Shown: positions 48,238 through 59,098, counted from the stretch's first letter. The stretch: 64,000 bases of DNA from Gemmatimonadota bacterium (GCA_041486305.1 JBGPLG010000009.1:1639-65638), one strand, 5' to 3'. The notes: generated from the letters alone by a model not told the origin. Translations and numbers: made by a program.

Positions 48238-49692
48238 ATGAGGCTCCGAATGCGTGTGGCTATCTGGATGCTGTTGCTTTCGCCGGCGCTTGCCTCGTGC
48301 GGGGGGAGCCGGATCGAGGCACCGGAACCGACCCGGGACTTCAGCTTCGACGCCGATTCGCTGCCCCAGCTCCCCGCCCTGCCTCCCGGGACCATCGTGG
48401 CGCCGCTGGCCCTGGACCTGAACTCCGCCATCGCGGCGCTGGAGCAGGAGGTGCCCAGAAAGTTCGGAAACATCGAGGAACGCTTGTCGATTCCCGGGTC
48501 CAAGCGGCGGTCGTTCGCCTACGAGGTGACCCGCCAGCCGTTCAAGGTGAGGTTCGAGGGAGACACCGTCCTCCTTTCCGCCGTGGTCAGCTACAAGGGT
48601 CGCGGCTGGTACGACCCGCCCATCGGACCCGACATCAACGGGGAGTGCGGCACCAAGGGGCCGCCGCCCCGGGCTCGGCTCACCGCGCGGGTCGTACCCC
48701 GGCTCTCTCCCGACTGGAAGATCCGGATCACGACCCGGATGATCCGGCTGGCCCCGCTCACCGAGACCGAGCGGGACCAGTGCGAGGTTTCCCTCCTCAA
48801 CCTCGACGTCACCGGCAAGGTGATGACGGCGGCCCAGGCGGCCCTCAAGGGGGTCCTCCCGACCCTGGAGCGCCAGCTCGCCGCGCTCGACGTGCGCACC
48901 CCGCTGGAGAAGATCTGGCTGGACCTTCAGAAGCCGATAAAGATCACCCACAGCCTCTGGCTGCTGCTCGAGCCTCGAGGGGTCTACCTGGGCAAGGTCG
49001 AGGGCGCCAAGGAGACCATCGGGGCGGAGATCGGCATCTCGGCGGCGCCCCGGATCCTGAGCGGCCCCAAGCCGGTGCTGGCGGCCGTCGGTCTCCCTGC
49101 CCTGGAGCCGATCCGCGAGGTGGAGGGGTTCTCGATGCTGGTGGAAGGCGCCTTCGACTATGCGACGATGAGCGCCGTCCTCACCCAGAAGCTCCGCAAG
49201 ACGAAGGTCAAGGCGGCCGGCGGCGAGCTGGTGGTCAAGCGGGTCACAGTCTTCGGGGTGGGACGGGGGCGGCTGGCCCTGGGGCTCGATTTTTCCGGGA
49301 CGGCCGAGGGCAAGATCTGGTTCCAGGGCACGCCGCGCTACGACGCGGCCACCGGCATCCTCAGCGTCCCGGATCTCGACTTCGACGCCACCAGCGCCGG
49401 GATGCTGGTGCAGGGGGTGGCCTGGCTCAAGGGCGATGCCATCCGCGAATTCCTGCGGCAGCAGGCCACGGTGTCCACCGCCGACCTCATGGGGCGGATC
49501 CAGACGATGGCGGTCAAGGAGATGAACCGCCAGCTGGCCCGCGGGGTGACCCTGTCCTCCACCATCGACAAGTCCGAGCCGGCGGGGATCCGGGTCCGGC
49601 CCGACGCCATCGTGCTCCGGGCCCGCGCCTCCGGCTCGGCGCGGCTGGACCTGGGCCCCGAGCTGTTCGGCCCCCGGACCACCGGCAACTAA
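48238..49692 (+). CDS. DUF4403-like lipoprotein
   Basis: Lipobox LASC; long beta-rich protein with WLDLQKPI, WLLLEP, GTPRYD; start uncertain (48193, 48238 or 48250). Confidence 0.7.
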   Translation: MRLRMRVAIWMLLLSPALASCGGSRIEAPEPTRDFSFDADSLPQLPALPPGTIVAPLALDLNSAIAALEQEVPRKFGNIEERLSIPGSKRRSFAYEVTRQPFKVRFEGDTVLLSAVVSYKGRGWYDPPIGPDINGECGTKGPPPRARLTARVVPRLSPDWKIRITTRMIRLAPLTETERDQCEVSLLNLDVTGKVMTAAQAALKGVLPTLERQLAALDVRTPLEKIWLDLQKPIKITHSLWLLLEPRGVYLGKVEGAKETIGAEIGISAAPRILSGPKPVLAAVGLPALEPIREVEGFSMLVEGAFDYATMSAVLTQKLRKTKVKAAGGELVVKRVTVFGVGRGRLALGLDFSGTAEGKIWFQGTPRYDAATGILSVPDLDFDATSAGMLVQGVAWLKGDAIREFLRQQATVSTADLMGRIQTMAVKEMNRQLARGVTLSSTIDKSEPAGIRVRPDAIVLRARASGSARLDLGPELFGPRTTGN

Positions 49693-50735
49693 ACCACCGA
49701 TGCCGCCCGCACCAGCGGGATCACTTCCTCCGCGAAACGCTCCATCTCCTCCAGCTGCGGGCTGAACTGCAGCAGCAGCAGGTCCAGCCCCGCCTCCTCG
49801 AACTCGAGGATCTGTTCGGCGATCCGCTCCGGCGTGCCGGCCAGCCCGCTGCGGAGGCCGCGATTGGAGACCGAGTAGTCCTCCAGGCTCACCCGCTGCT
49901 CCAGCCGCGTATTGGCGATCCAGTCTTCGTAGTTGGCGTATCCGGCCGCGCTCTGCTTCACGTCGGTGATCCGGGCCACTTCGCGGCGGGCCTCCTCCTC
50001 GGTGTTCCGGCACACCACGTACCCCGCCGCGCCGAAGCGGAGCGGTGCGTGGCCCAGCCCGGCCGCCTCCCGCCGGGCGGTCATGTCCGAAACCCTCGCC
50101 GCGATCGTGGCGGGCGGATCGCCGTGCATGACATAGGCGTCGCAGCTCCGGGCGATGAGGGTCTTGGCTGCCTCGGATTCTCCGCCGGCATAGATCGGCG
50201 GGCGCGGTTTGCGGACCGGCTTCGGGGAGAGCAGCGCGTCGTCCACCGTGTAGTACCGGCCCTGAAAGCTGAATCGCGGCCGGCTCCACATGCCGTCGAC
50301 GACCGCGAGCCATTCTTCGGTGCGGTCGTACCGGGCCCCGTGCTCGTCGAACGCCACGCCGTAGCGGCGCGCTTCGTCGGCCCACCAGGAGGAGACCACG
50401 TTGAGCGCGAGCCGGCCGTTGCTGATGTGGTCGATGTTGGCGGCCTGCTTGGCCAGCAGCGCCGGGGCATGAAAGGTGGGCCGCACCGCCACCATCAACT
50501 CGAGCCGGTAGGTCACCGCCGCCAGGGCGGACGCGGTGGTCCAGGCGTCGAGCGCCGGCGCCTCCGGCCCCTTGATGTCGTTGAGGTTGAGCTCGGCGAT
50601 GAGCGTGAGGTCGAAGCCAAGCTCCTCGCTGCGGCGGGCCAGGCGGGCCACGTAGTCCCAGCGCGCCGCCATGCCTTCGTCGGCCACGTTGCGCAGCCAT
50701 CCGCCGAAGACCGGGAGCCAGTAGCCGAAGCGCAT
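49689..50735 (-). CDS. LLM-class flavin-dependent monooxygenase (SfnG/SsuD-like)
   Basis: MRFGYWLPVFGG, DAWTTASALAAVT, SNGRLALNVVSSWW, IYAGGES, GTPERIAE. Confidence 0.88.
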   Translation of the reverse strand: MRFGYWLPVFGGWLRNVADEGMAARWDYVARLARRSEELGFDLTLIAELNLNDIKGPEAPALDAWTTASALAAVTYRLELMVAVRPTFHAPALLAKQAANIDHISNGRLALNVVSSWWADEARRYGVAFDEHGARYDRTEEWLAVVDGMWSRPRFSFQGRYYTVDDALLSPKPVRKPRPPIYAGGESEAAKTLIARSCDAYVMHGDPPATIAARVSDMTARREAAGLGHAPLRFGAAGYVVCRNTEEEARREVARITDVKQSAAGYANYEDWIANTRLEQRVSLEDYSVSNRGLRSGLAGTPERIAEQILEFEEAGLDLLLLQFSPQLEEMERFAEEVIPLVRAASVV

Positions 50736-50737
50736 GG

Positions 50738-51703
50738 TCACGCCGCCTCCTGCTCCAGCCAGTCGACCAGGCGCACGAAGGGATCGAACCCGACGACTCG
50801 GGGCCCTTCGGCCACGAAATTCGACAGGGCGTTGATGTCGTAGAAGTAGGGCTTGCCGTCCCGGGAGTCGATGAGGTACTCGATGCCCCCGACGTCGATC
50901 CCCGCCGCCCGCGCGATGGCCTCCACGGCGTCGACCAGCTCGGCCGGCGGCGTGTAGCCCTCGACTTTCATCCCGTTCTTCGGCGCGTCCACGGCGCAGG
51001 CGCCCCGGACCAGCTCGGCGCCGTCCACCGTCCGGCAGACATCCGCCGGACACAGATTGAAGCTCTCGCCGGTCGGATAGACCCGGATTCCGTACAGGAA
51101 GGTCCCGCCCAGCACCTCGACCCGCACGATGCGGCCCTCCTCCGCCGGGACGTACTCCTGGACCAGCGCGGTGTGATCCATGCCGAGCTCCAGGTCTTCG
51201 AGCGACGCCTCAGTCAGGGCGTCGGCGCTGTCGAACAGCCGCACCCCGGCCCCGCTGCCGCCGATATTCGGCTTCACCACGACCGGAAAACGGAGGCCTC
51301 GCGCCGCCGCGGGCGCGTCGATGGCGCGGGAGATCACCCGGGAACGGGGATGCGGCAGGCCCAGCTGCCGGAGAATCGAGAGCTGCAGGGCCTTGGAGGT
51401 CTCGACCGCGTAGGCCCGGCTGCCGTTGATGACCCGGATCCCGTGGCTCTCCAGGTGGGCCAGGTAGGCCTGGGTGAGAAAGACCGCGTGGCCCGCGTCG
51501 CGCAGGTATGCCGATGGGCTCATCCGGTTGAACACCAGCCCGTAGGGCGGCCGGGGCGACGAAGGATCGTACCAGTGCTCCGCGGCATGGAGCCGCTTCA
51601 CCGGAATGCCGCGCCGCTCCAGCTCGCTGAACAGCGGGCGGAACCAGTCGGGATGCTCGTAGAGGATCCCGAAGGGCGCGCGAATGGAGGTAGCTGTCGT
51701 CAT
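50738..51703 (-). CDS. ATP-grasp ligase (RimK/GshB-like)
   Basis: FPVVVKPNIGGSGAGV, LVQEYVP, GGIEY, FYDINALSNF; stop overlaps a GTG in frame with the LLM gene. Confidence 0.88.
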   Translation of the reverse strand: MTTATSIRAPFGILYEHPDWFRPLFSELERRGIPVKRLHAAEHWYDPSSPRPPYGLVFNRMSPSAYLRDAGHAVFLTQAYLAHLESHGIRVINGSRAYAVETSKALQLSILRQLGLPHPRSRVISRAIDAPAAARGLRFPVVVKPNIGGSGAGVRLFDSADALTEASLEDLELGMDHTALVQEYVPAEEGRIVRVEVLGGTFLYGIRVYPTGESFNLCPADVCRTVDGAELVRGACAVDAPKNGMKVEGYTPPAELVDAVEAIARAAGIDVGGIEYLIDSRDGKPYFYDINALSNFVAEGPRVVGFDPFVRLVDWLEQEAA

Positions 51704-51720
51704 GCGAATCTCCCGGGGTA

Positions 51721-51759
51721 GAAAACGAAACGGCCGCGACTCTGTGGAAGTCGCGGCCG
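51721..51759 (-). terminator. Intrinsic terminator in the 5' leader (attenuator)
   Basis: On -: CGGCCGCGACT-TCCACAG-AGTCGCGGCCG followed by TTTCGTTTTC; ends about 17 nt before the ATP-grasp ATG. Confidence 0.88.
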
Positions 51760-51790
51760 ATGAGGCTGCCTGGCTCTCGCTACCGGGGAT

Positions 51791-51892
51791 CTAGGGGAAT
51801 CCCGGGCCGCGCGCACGCACGCTCACCGCCCACGACGGGGGGCGACACATGAGGTGACGGCTGGTACAGGTGCAGAGCGCGTGGGTCAGCAT
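51791..51892 (-). CDS. Putative Cys/Met-containing leader peptide (33 aa)
   Basis: [33 protein letters not shown]; lies between the promoter and the terminator; below the ORF-track size cut-off. Confidence 0.7.
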   Translation of the reverse strand: MLTHALCTCTSRHLMCRPPSWAVSVRARGPGFP

Positions 51893-51898
51893 GGTTTC

Positions 51899-51926
51899 AA
51901 GATATCAGAACGAGGGTTCCAGGCAA
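51899..51926 (-). promoter_or_regulatory. Sigma70-like promoter giving a leaderless transcript
   Basis: -35 TTGCCT (51926-51921), 16-nt spacer ending TGA (extended -10), -10 TATCTT (51904-51899), 6 nt, then ATG. Confidence 0.65.
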
Positions 51927-51956
51927 GGGTGGCCGGGATCGCGCCAGCCTTGCCGG

Positions 51957-53393
51957 CTAGACCCTGCGGGTCTTCCACTTCCCCCGCTTGAACAGCACCG
52001 TGCTCGCCACGGCGAGGGTGGAAAATGCCACCGCGATGGCGATGGAGACACCGTTAGGGCCCAAGGCAAAGTGCTTGGCCAGCATCCAGGCGAGGGGAAT
52101 TTCCCAGAGCCAGAAGCAGAACAGATTGAGGAGGGTCGGGGTCCAGGTGTCCCCGGCGCCGTTGAACGAGCTGGTCAGCACCATGCCGTAGGCGTAGAAG
52201 AGAAACCCGGCGCTGATGATCCGGAGGGAGGCGACGCCGTAGCCATGCACGACGGGGTCCGCGGTAAAGGCCGAGATGATCACCGGGGCCAGGCTCACGA
52301 ACAGCAGCCCCACCACGCCCAGGAAGTACAGGTTGTAGCGGCTCGCCAGCCAGACCGACTGCTCGGCCCGGTCGGGCTTTCCGGCGCCGAGAGACTGGCC
52401 CACCATGGTCGCGGCGGCATTGGCCATGCCCCACGACGGCAGCAGCGCGAAGATCACCACCCGGAAGGCAATGGTGTAGCCGGCCAGAGCCTGGCTCCCG
52501 AAGGACGAGACGACCCGCACCAGCCCGATCCAGCTGGTGGTCCCGATCAGGATCTGGAAGATCCCGGTGCCGGAGAGCTTGATCAGCCGGCCGATCAGGT
52601 CGAGGTCGAACCGGAGGTGCTCTTTCCGGATCACGAAGCGGTTGTGGCGCTCGGTGAGGCGGTAGAACTGGTAGACTACGCCCATCCCTCGGCCCACCGT
52701 GGTGGCCACCGCGGCGCCGGTAACGCCCAGGTGGGGAAACGGTCCGATGCCGAAGATCAGGAGCGGGTCCAGGATCAGGTTGCAGATGTTCGCGATCCAG
52801 AGCGACCGCATCGCGATGGTGGCATCGCCCGCGCCCCGGAAGATCGCGTTGATGAGAAAGAGCAGCAGGATGATGAAGTTCCCGCTGAACATGATTCGGG
52901 CGAAGGTCGAGCCCCCGGCGATGACCTCGGGCGAGGCTCCCATCAACCCGAGCAATCGCGGGGCGAATAACCCGCCGGTGATCGCGATGGGGATGGCGAC
53001 CAGGATGCCCAGCCCGATCGCCTGCACCGCCGCGCGGGCGGCGCCCTCGGGGTTCTTCTCGCCGATCCGGCGGGCCACCATCGCGGTGGCGCCGATGCCG
53101 AGGCCCATGCCCAGGGCGTAGATGGTCGTGAACATCGCCTCGGTGAGGCCGACGGTCGCCACAGCATTGGCGCCGAGCCGGCCGACCCAGAAGACGTTGA
53201 CCACGGCAAAGACCGATTCGAGCGCCACCTCCAGCACCATCGGCACCGCCAGGAGGAGCAGCGCCCGGCCGATGGGACCCGCGGTGTAGTCGTGGCGATG
53301 GGCGCCGCGGACCGCCTCCCTCACCGCCGCCCAGATGGTAGGCGGCGGTGGCTCGATGGCGGGGGGTTCGGGCTCCGGGGCCGGGGTACTCAT
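51957..53393 (-). CDS. MATE family efflux transporter
   Basis: [44 protein letters not shown]; ATGA overlap start MSTPAPEP. Confidence 0.93.
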   Translation of the reverse strand: MSTPAPEPEPPAIEPPPPTIWAAVREAVRGAHRHDYTAGPIGRALLLLAVPMVLEVALESVFAVVNVFWVGRLGANAVATVGLTEAMFTTIYALGMGLGIGATAMVARRIGEKNPEGAARAAVQAIGLGILVAIPIAITGGLFAPRLLGLMGASPEVIAGGSTFARIMFSGNFIILLLFLINAIFRGAGDATIAMRSLWIANICNLILDPLLIFGIGPFPHLGVTGAAVATTVGRGMGVVYQFYRLTERHNRFVIRKEHLRFDLDLIGRLIKLSGTGIFQILIGTTSWIGLVRVVSSFGSQALAGYTIAFRVVIFALLPSWGMANAAATMVGQSLGAGKPDRAEQSVWLASRYNLYFLGVVGLLFVSLAPVIISAFTADPVVHGYGVASLRIISAGFLFYAYGMVLTSSFNGAGDTWTPTLLNLFCFWLWEIPLAWMLAKHFALGPNGVSIAIAVAFSTLAVASTVLFKRGKWKTRRV

Positions 53394-54607
53394 TGCGGGC
53401 TGGGATTCAGGTGATAGAGCCGGACCCGTTCGACATCGTCGGCATCGCTCCAGACGCCAAGGACATAGTCGGGGCCGGCTTCGTGCAGGGCGAATCGCGG
53501 CGGAAATGTAACGTGGCCGAGCCATTGGCCCTGGGGGTCGAAGACATCGTAGCGAACCGGCCGGCTCGGGGCGGGCTGATCGTACTGCCGGACCCACAGT
53601 CGGCCGTCGACCGCGGCCACGAAGCCCTCGTAGGCCGGCTTGGTGGAGGGGAAGGTCATATCCTCCAGAATGCCCCGGACCCTGTCGCGCATGACCTCGG
53701 CGCCCGGCCCGAAGCCCTCCAGTCTCTCCCGCTTGATGGCTGCGATGTCGGCGTCGGTCACCGGTTGGGGCAGCCCGGTCCACCGGGTGAGGCGAACCAG
53801 CGTGCCGGCCGTGTCATACGCGGCGATCTCTTGGCGGTCTCCGGTCCCGACCTGGAGCCGGCCGGCGGCAGTGGCCATGGTGGGCGCCTTGCCGAACGGC
53901 ATCATGGTGGTCATGGTCGACGAGATCAGGCCGGCGGAGTTTCGCTGCACGCTCTTATAGATTTCCGAGCCGGGGAATCGGCCCAGCGGCACGACCGGCG
54001 GAAGCCAGCGAGGATAGCGGAACACCGGCACGGTGTCGCGCTGGGGCCCGCTCTGCTGCGATTGGGAGAACATCTGGGTCTGCACCAGGAGGTCGTTCCC
54101 GAGGACACCGATCACGATGGGGAACCCCGCGTCCAGGCCCTGGGGAAACGTCAGCTCCCGGCCCAGGCGTCCATCGGCCCCGAATACGGAAACCCGCCGG
54201 AGATTGAAGTCGAACGTGCCGAGGCTGTCGGGACCCAGCCGGAACAGGATGCCGAGCTGCTGGAATTCACCCGGCCCCCCGCCCTTGTGGCCGACGGAGC
54301 GCAGCCAGGCTCCGGTCGAGTCGAACAGCCTGAGCTCGTTGTTGTTGCCGTCCGCGACGACGATCGTCCCGCCGCGCAGCCGGGCCACGCCGGCGACCCG
54401 GCCGAATTCCCCATGGGAGTCGCTGCTGCCCCCGATTTCCAGTACCGGCACCGAGTCCACCCGGAACGCGATGCTGTCTGGAGCCAGGGGTCTGGTGTTC
54501 TCGACGATGCTGATGCCGGCGCTGTCCCGCACCCGTATCCCTGCCGGCGGCTCGGCTCCCGAGGCGCACGCCGCCAACAAGCCGATGGCCGGCAGCAGCG
54601 TCCTCAT
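53390..54607 (-). CDS. 6-bladed beta-propeller lipoprotein
   Basis: Lipobox LAAC; [12 protein letters not shown]; [10 protein letters not shown]; [12 protein letters not shown]. Confidence 0.8.
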   Translation of the reverse strand: MRTLLPAIGLLAACASGAEPPAGIRVRDSAGISIVENTRPLAPDSIAFRVDSVPVLEIGGSSDSHGEFGRVAGVARLRGGTIVVADGNNNELRLFDSTGAWLRSVGHKGGGPGEFQQLGILFRLGPDSLGTFDFNLRRVSVFGADGRLGRELTFPQGLDAGFPIVIGVLGNDLLVQTQMFSQSQQSGPQRDTVPVFRYPRWLPPVVPLGRFPGSEIYKSVQRNSAGLISSTMTTMMPFGKAPTMATAAGRLQVGTGDRQEIAAYDTAGTLVRLTRWTGLPQPVTDADIAAIKRERLEGFGPGAEVMRDRVRGILEDMTFPSTKPAYEGFVAAVDGRLWVRQYDQPAPSRPVRYDVFDPQGQWLGHVTFPPRFALHEAGPDYVLGVWSDADDVERVRLYHLNPSPQ

Positions 54608-55368
54608 GCCAGCAGCCCTCCATCCACCACCAGCACCTGCCCGGTCACGAACGAGGCCGCATCGCTCGCCAGAAACAGCGCCGCCGCGCCCACTTCCCCG
54701 GGCTGACCGAGGTGGGGAAGCACCTGATCTCCGGCGAATTCCTTCCGCCGCACCGGGTCGTTCCACAGGTATTCGCTGAACTCGGTCTGGATCAGCCCGG
54801 GCGCGATGGCATTGACCCGGATCCGGTGGGGCCCCAGCTCCCGGGCCCACGCCTTGGTGAGCATGATCAGCGCCGCCTTGGTCGTGCTGTAGAGGATGCT
54901 GCCGGGCTGGGGCTTGAGGCCGGACACCGACACGAGATTGATGATCGACCCGCCATTTCCCCGGGCGATCATCCCCGGCGCGACCAGGTTCACCAGCCGG
55001 AACGCCGCCTTGAGGTTGACCTCGACCATCTTGTCCAGCTGTTCGTCGGTGGCGTCGAGCGCCGAGCCCAGCTGTACATTGGTCGCGCTGTTGTTGACCA
55101 GGATGTCGATCGGGCCCAGCTCCGCCTCGGTTTCCCGGACCGCCCGCTCGATGTCCTCCTTGCGCCCCACGTGACAGGCGACCGGGAACACCCGTCCCGG
55201 CAGCGACGCGAGCTCCTCCGCGGTCTTCTTCAGCACTTCGATTTTTCTGCTCGCGATGGCCACGCCCGCGCCGGCCCCGGCCAGGCACTGCGCGATGGCG
55301 CGCCCGATGCCGCGTCCCCCTCCCGTCACGAGGGCTACCTTGCCGGCCAGCGAATGTTCGGAGCTCAT
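54604..55368 (-). CDS. SDR family oxidoreductase (DHRS4-like)
   Basis: [33 protein letters not shown]. Confidence 0.93.
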   Translation of the reverse strand: MSSEHSLAGKVALVTGGGRGIGRAIAQCLAGAGAGVAIASRKIEVLKKTAEELASLPGRVFPVACHVGRKEDIERAVRETEAELGPIDILVNNSATNVQLGSALDATDEQLDKMVEVNLKAAFRLVNLVAPGMIARGNGGSIINLVSVSGLKPQPGSILYSTTKAALIMLTKAWARELGPHRIRVNAIAPGLIQTEFSEYLWNDPVRRKEFAGDQVLPHLGQPGEVGAAALFLASDAASFVTGQVLVVDGGLLA

Positions 55369-56450
55369 GAGGCCACGGAGCCTTTCGACGGGTGGAGCGT
55401 TCCGCGCTCGGCGGCCCGTGCCGCCTGGCGGGCCAGCACCGCCACCAGGCGATGCATACCGGCGAAGCGCGGATCCCGGGTCTGGCCGCGCACATAGCGC
55501 GCGTAGATCTGCTGTACGATGACCGCGACCTTGAAGAGCCCGAAGCAGTAGTGAAAGGATATCCCGTCGATCCCGCGCCCGGAACGCAGGGCATACTCTT
55601 CGGCCAGGCGCGCCCGAGTCCACATGCCGGGCAGGTGGGTCGGTCCCATCGCCGCCGCAAGGAGCTCCGGCGGATCGTCCGGCTCGATCCAGTAGGCCAG
55701 GGCCGAGCCCAGGTCCATCAACGGATCTCCCACCGTGGCCATCTCCCAGTCGAGCAGCGCCACGACCCGTGCCGGAGCATCCGGGTCGAGTAGGAGGTTG
55801 TCGAACTTGTAGTCGTTGTGGATCACGGCCGCGCCCCGCTCGGCGGGAAGCCGTTTCGCCAACCACTGCGCCACCGCGTCCATTTCCGGCACCGTCTCGG
55901 TCGCGGCCGCCGCGTAGCGCTCGCTCCAGCCCCGAACCTGCCGCTCGACGTACCCCTCGGGGTGCCCCAGCCCGCCGAGGCCGGCGGCCCGGTAGTCCAC
56001 CGCGTGCAGCCGCACCAGCAACGCCGTCAGGGAATCCGAGAGCCGCCCCGCCAGCTCGGGATCGAGCTCGAAGCCCGGCGGCAGGCGTTGGCGAAGCACG
56101 ATGCCGCGGCGCCGCTCCATCAGGTAAAACGGCGCACCCAGCACCGACGGGTCGTCGCAATAGAGCAGCGGGCGCGGCGCTTCGGGCAGGACCGGGGCCA
56201 GCGACTCAAGCATCCGGAATTCCCGGCCCATGTCGTGCGCGCTCCGGACCACGTTGCCGAATGGGGGACGGCGAAGGACGTATTCGTCGGCCCCGAGCGT
56301 GACGAGGTAGGTGAGGTTCGAGTGGCCCTGGAGAAACTGCGAGACCTCGACGGGCTGCCCCGCGCCCGGCTGCCGGTCCCGGAGCCAGGCGCTGAGACGT
56401 GCCGCATTCAGCTCCTCGCCGGAGCGCAGGTTGCCGGCCCGGTCGAGCAT
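55365..56450 (-). CDS. APH-family phosphotransferase (ACAD10/11 kinase or LvaA-like)
   Basis: [43 protein letters not shown]. Confidence 0.9.
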   Translation of the reverse strand: MLDRAGNLRSGEELNAARLSAWLRDRQPGAGQPVEVSQFLQGHSNLTYLVTLGADEYVLRRPPFGNVVRSAHDMGREFRMLESLAPVLPEAPRPLLYCDDPSVLGAPFYLMERRRGIVLRQRLPPGFELDPELAGRLSDSLTALLVRLHAVDYRAAGLGGLGHPEGYVERQVRGWSERYAAAATETVPEMDAVAQWLAKRLPAERGAAVIHNDYKFDNLLLDPDAPARVVALLDWEMATVGDPLMDLGSALAYWIEPDDPPELLAAAMGPTHLPGMWTRARLAEEYALRSGRGIDGISFHYCFGLFKVAVIVQQIYARYVRGQTRDPRFAGMHRLVAVLARQAARAAERGTLHPSKGSVAS

Positions 56451-56452
56451 GG

Positions 56453-57637
56453 TCACCCGGCTCCGTGCTTCCGGAGCTCGAGTTTCGCTATCGCCTCCCG
56501 GTGCACTTCGTCCGGCCCGTCGAAGATCCGCATCGCCCGGGCCTGGGCCCACGCCGCGGCGAGGAAGGTGTCCTGACTCACCCCGGCGCCGCCGTGGGCC
56601 TGGATGGCGCGGTCGAGCACCGCGAGGGCCATCCCGGGCGCCGCCACCTTGATCATGGCGATCTCGGCACGGGCCGACCGGCTGCCGCTCTCGTCCATCA
56701 GCGTGGCGGCCTTGAGCACCAGCAGCCTGGCCTGCTCGATCTCGATCCGGGAATCGGCGATGCCGGCCCGTATGGTGCCCTGCTCCGCCAGCGGCCGGCC
56801 GAACGCCACCCGCTCCCGGACCCGGACGCACATCAGCTCCAGCGCGCGCTCGGCCAGTCCGATCATCCGCATGCAGTGATGCATCCGTCCAGGACCCAGC
56901 CGGCCCTGCGCGATCTCGAAGCCGTGCCCCTCTCCCAGCAGCAGGTTCGCCGCGGGAACCCGGACCCGCTCGAAGATCACCTCGGCGTGTCCGTGCGGCG
57001 CGTCGTCGTAGCCGAACAGCGAGAGATTCCGGATCAGCGAGATCCCGGGCGTGTCCATCGGCACCAGGATCATCGATTGCTGCCGATGCGGAGGCGCTCC
57101 GGGATCGGTTCGCCCCATCACGATCGCGATCCGGCAGCGCGGATCCGCCGCTCCGGAGGTCCACCACTTCCGCCCGGTGATGACGTACCCGTCGCCGTCG
57201 CGCACGATGGCGGTGCGGATGTTGGTCGCGTCGGAGCTGGCCACATCCGGCTCGGTCATGGCGAAGCAGCTCCGGATTTCCCCGGCCAGCAGCGGCGCCA
57301 GCCACGCGGCCTGCTGCGCCGCGCTGCCGTAGCGCGCCAGCACCTCCATGTTGCCGGTGTCGGGCGCCGAGCAGTTGCAGGCTTCCGGCGCGATCAACGA
57401 GCGGCCCATGATCTCACAGAGGGGCGCGTATTCCAGGTTGGAGAGCCCGGCGCCGGGCTCGGCACCGGGCAGAAAGAGGTTCCACAGCCCGGCGGCGCGG
57501 GCCCGCTCCTTGAGCTGGTCCATCACCGGCGGGGGTCGCCGCCGGTCTTCCGCCAGCTGGGCCGTCCACACCGCCTCGGCGGGGTAGACCTGTTGCTCCA
57601 TGAAGGCGAGCAGCCTGCGGGTCAACTCGGGTGGCAT
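56453..57637 (-). CDS. Acyl-CoA dehydrogenase (ACAD10/11 or LvaC-like)
   Basis: [61 protein letters not shown]. Confidence 0.93.
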   Translation of the reverse strand: MPPELTRRLLAFMEQQVYPAEAVWTAQLAEDRRRPPPVMDQLKERARAAGLWNLFLPGAEPGAGLSNLEYAPLCEIMGRSLIAPEACNCSAPDTGNMEVLARYGSAAQQAAWLAPLLAGEIRSCFAMTEPDVASSDATNIRTAIVRDGDGYVITGRKWWTSGAADPRCRIAIVMGRTDPGAPPHRQQSMILVPMDTPGISLIRNLSLFGYDDAPHGHAEVIFERVRVPAANLLLGEGHGFEIAQGRLGPGRMHHCMRMIGLAERALELMCVRVRERVAFGRPLAEQGTIRAGIADSRIEIEQARLLVLKAATLMDESGSRSARAEIAMIKVAAPGMALAVLDRAIQAHGGAGVSQDTFLAAAWAQARAMRIFDGPDEVHREAIAKLELRKHGAG

Positions 57638-57697
57638 CGGCTCGTTATCCCGTCGCGGGGTCAGCGGAACATACTGCCGTCACTTAGCTTCCATCCC

Positions 57698-58633
57698 ATG
57701 ACCGTCTCCGCCTACACGAACTTCAATCGGGCCGAATGGGCCCGGCTTCGTGATGCCACGCCGCTCACCCTCTCGGTGGCGGACCTGGCCGAGCTGCAGG
57801 GCCTGAACGAGGAGCTCTCGCTGCACGAGGTCGAGGAGGTCTACCTCCCGCTGTCCCGCCTGCTCAACCTGCACGTCGGGGCCACCAAGGAGCTGGAACG
57901 GGTGACCGACCGCTTCCTGGGGAAGACGGTCTCCCGCAACCCGTATATCCTGGGGATCGCGGGAAGCGTGGCGGTGGGCAAGAGCACCACGGCGCGCGTG
58001 CTCCGGGCGCTGCTGGCGCGATGGCCCGACCACCCGCGCGTGGACCTGGTAACCACCGACGGGTTTCTCTATCCGAACCGGATCCTCGAAGAGCGGGGCC
58101 TCATGGCCCGCAAGGGATTTCCGGAAAGCTACGACGTCCGCCGCCTGCTCCGCCTGGTGGCCAGCCTCAAGGCCGGGGTGGCCGAGGTCGCCGTCCCGGT
58201 GTACTCGCACCTGGTTTACGATATAATTCCCGAGGAGACCCAGGTCGTCCGGCAGCCCGACATCCTGATCCTCGAGGGGCTCAACGTGCTGGAAGGCGGA
58301 GCCCGGCCGCAGGACGACGGGACCCGGGTCTTCGTGTCGGACTACTTCGATTTCTCGATCTACGTCGACGCCGCCGAGGCCCACGTCAAGGAGTGGTTTC
58401 TCCAGCGGTTCCGCCGGCTTCGGGAAACGGCATTTCGGGACCCCAAGTCGTATTTTCGGAAGTACGCCCATCTGTCGGACGAAGAGGCGGTGGGATTCGC
58501 CGGCAGAGTCTGGGACGAGATCAACGGCCCGAATCTCCGGGAGAACATTTTACCGACCCGGGAGCGGGCCCACCTGATTCTCGAGAAGAGCGCCGACCAT
58601 CGCGTGGAGCGGGTGCGGCTTCGGCGGCTCTGA
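57698..58633 (+). CDS. coaA: Type I pantothenate kinase
   Basis: [63 protein letters not shown]; TAGCTT-N7-ATG. Confidence 0.95.
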   Translation: MTVSAYTNFNRAEWARLRDATPLTLSVADLAELQGLNEELSLHEVEEVYLPLSRLLNLHVGATKELERVTDRFLGKTVSRNPYILGIAGSVAVGKSTTARVLRALLARWPDHPRVDLVTTDGFLYPNRILEERGLMARKGFPESYDVRRLLRLVASLKAGVAEVAVPVYSHLVYDIIPEETQVVRQPDILILEGLNVLEGGARPQDDGTRVFVSDYFDFSIYVDAAEAHVKEWFLQRFRRLRETAFRDPKSYFRKYAHLSDEEAVGFAGRVWDEINGPNLRENILPTRERAHLILEKSADHRVERVRLRRL

Positions 58634-58687
58634 AACATCGGTCCGGTGAATCGCGTTCTTGGCACCAACCCATTCAAGGCCCGTCCC

Positions 58688-59098
58688 ATGCTGCGTTCCG
58701 CGTCCGTAGTCTTCGGCCTGCTGATTCTTGCCGCCGCGCCGGCTCGCGCGCAGGTACCCACACCCAAGACCGATGACATCGGTCACAGCCTGATCGGCAC
58801 CTGGGAAGGCCCGTACCAGTCCGATCAGGCGCCACCGGGCTCGCTCCGGCTGGTCATCGGGAAGGAGGCCGACGCCTGGAAGGTGACCCTCCAGGTCGTG
58901 TCCGATCAGCCGATCGACGCCGCCGAAGTCCGCGATTTCAAAGTGGAAGGCGGCCAGATCTCCTGGGTCCAGGACATCATGGGGATGGAGTGCAAGACTC
59001 AGGCGAACCTCGAAAACGGCACCCTCAAGGGCGGAACCGAGTGCTCCCAGGGCGGCGCGGTGGCGATTACCGCGACGTTCCTGATGCTGAAGAAATAG
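58688..59098 (+). CDS. Exported hypothetical protein
   Basis: Signal peptide ending ARA-Q; LIGTWEG small beta-barrel-like pattern; two Cys. Confidence 0.7.
   Translation: MLRSASVVFGLLILAAAPARAQVPTPKTDDIGHSLIGTWEGPYQSDQAPPGSLRLVIGKEADAWKVTLQVVSDQPIDAAEVRDFKVEGGQISWVQDIMGMECKTQANLENGTLKGGTECSQGGAVAITATFLMLKK

Noticed and set aside
50738-51892. 33-aa peptide as a graspetide RiPP precursor for the ATP-grasp enzyme
   Set aside because: It has no Asp/Glu acceptor residues and no repeated cores; its position before a terminator fits attenuation better. Not formally excluded.
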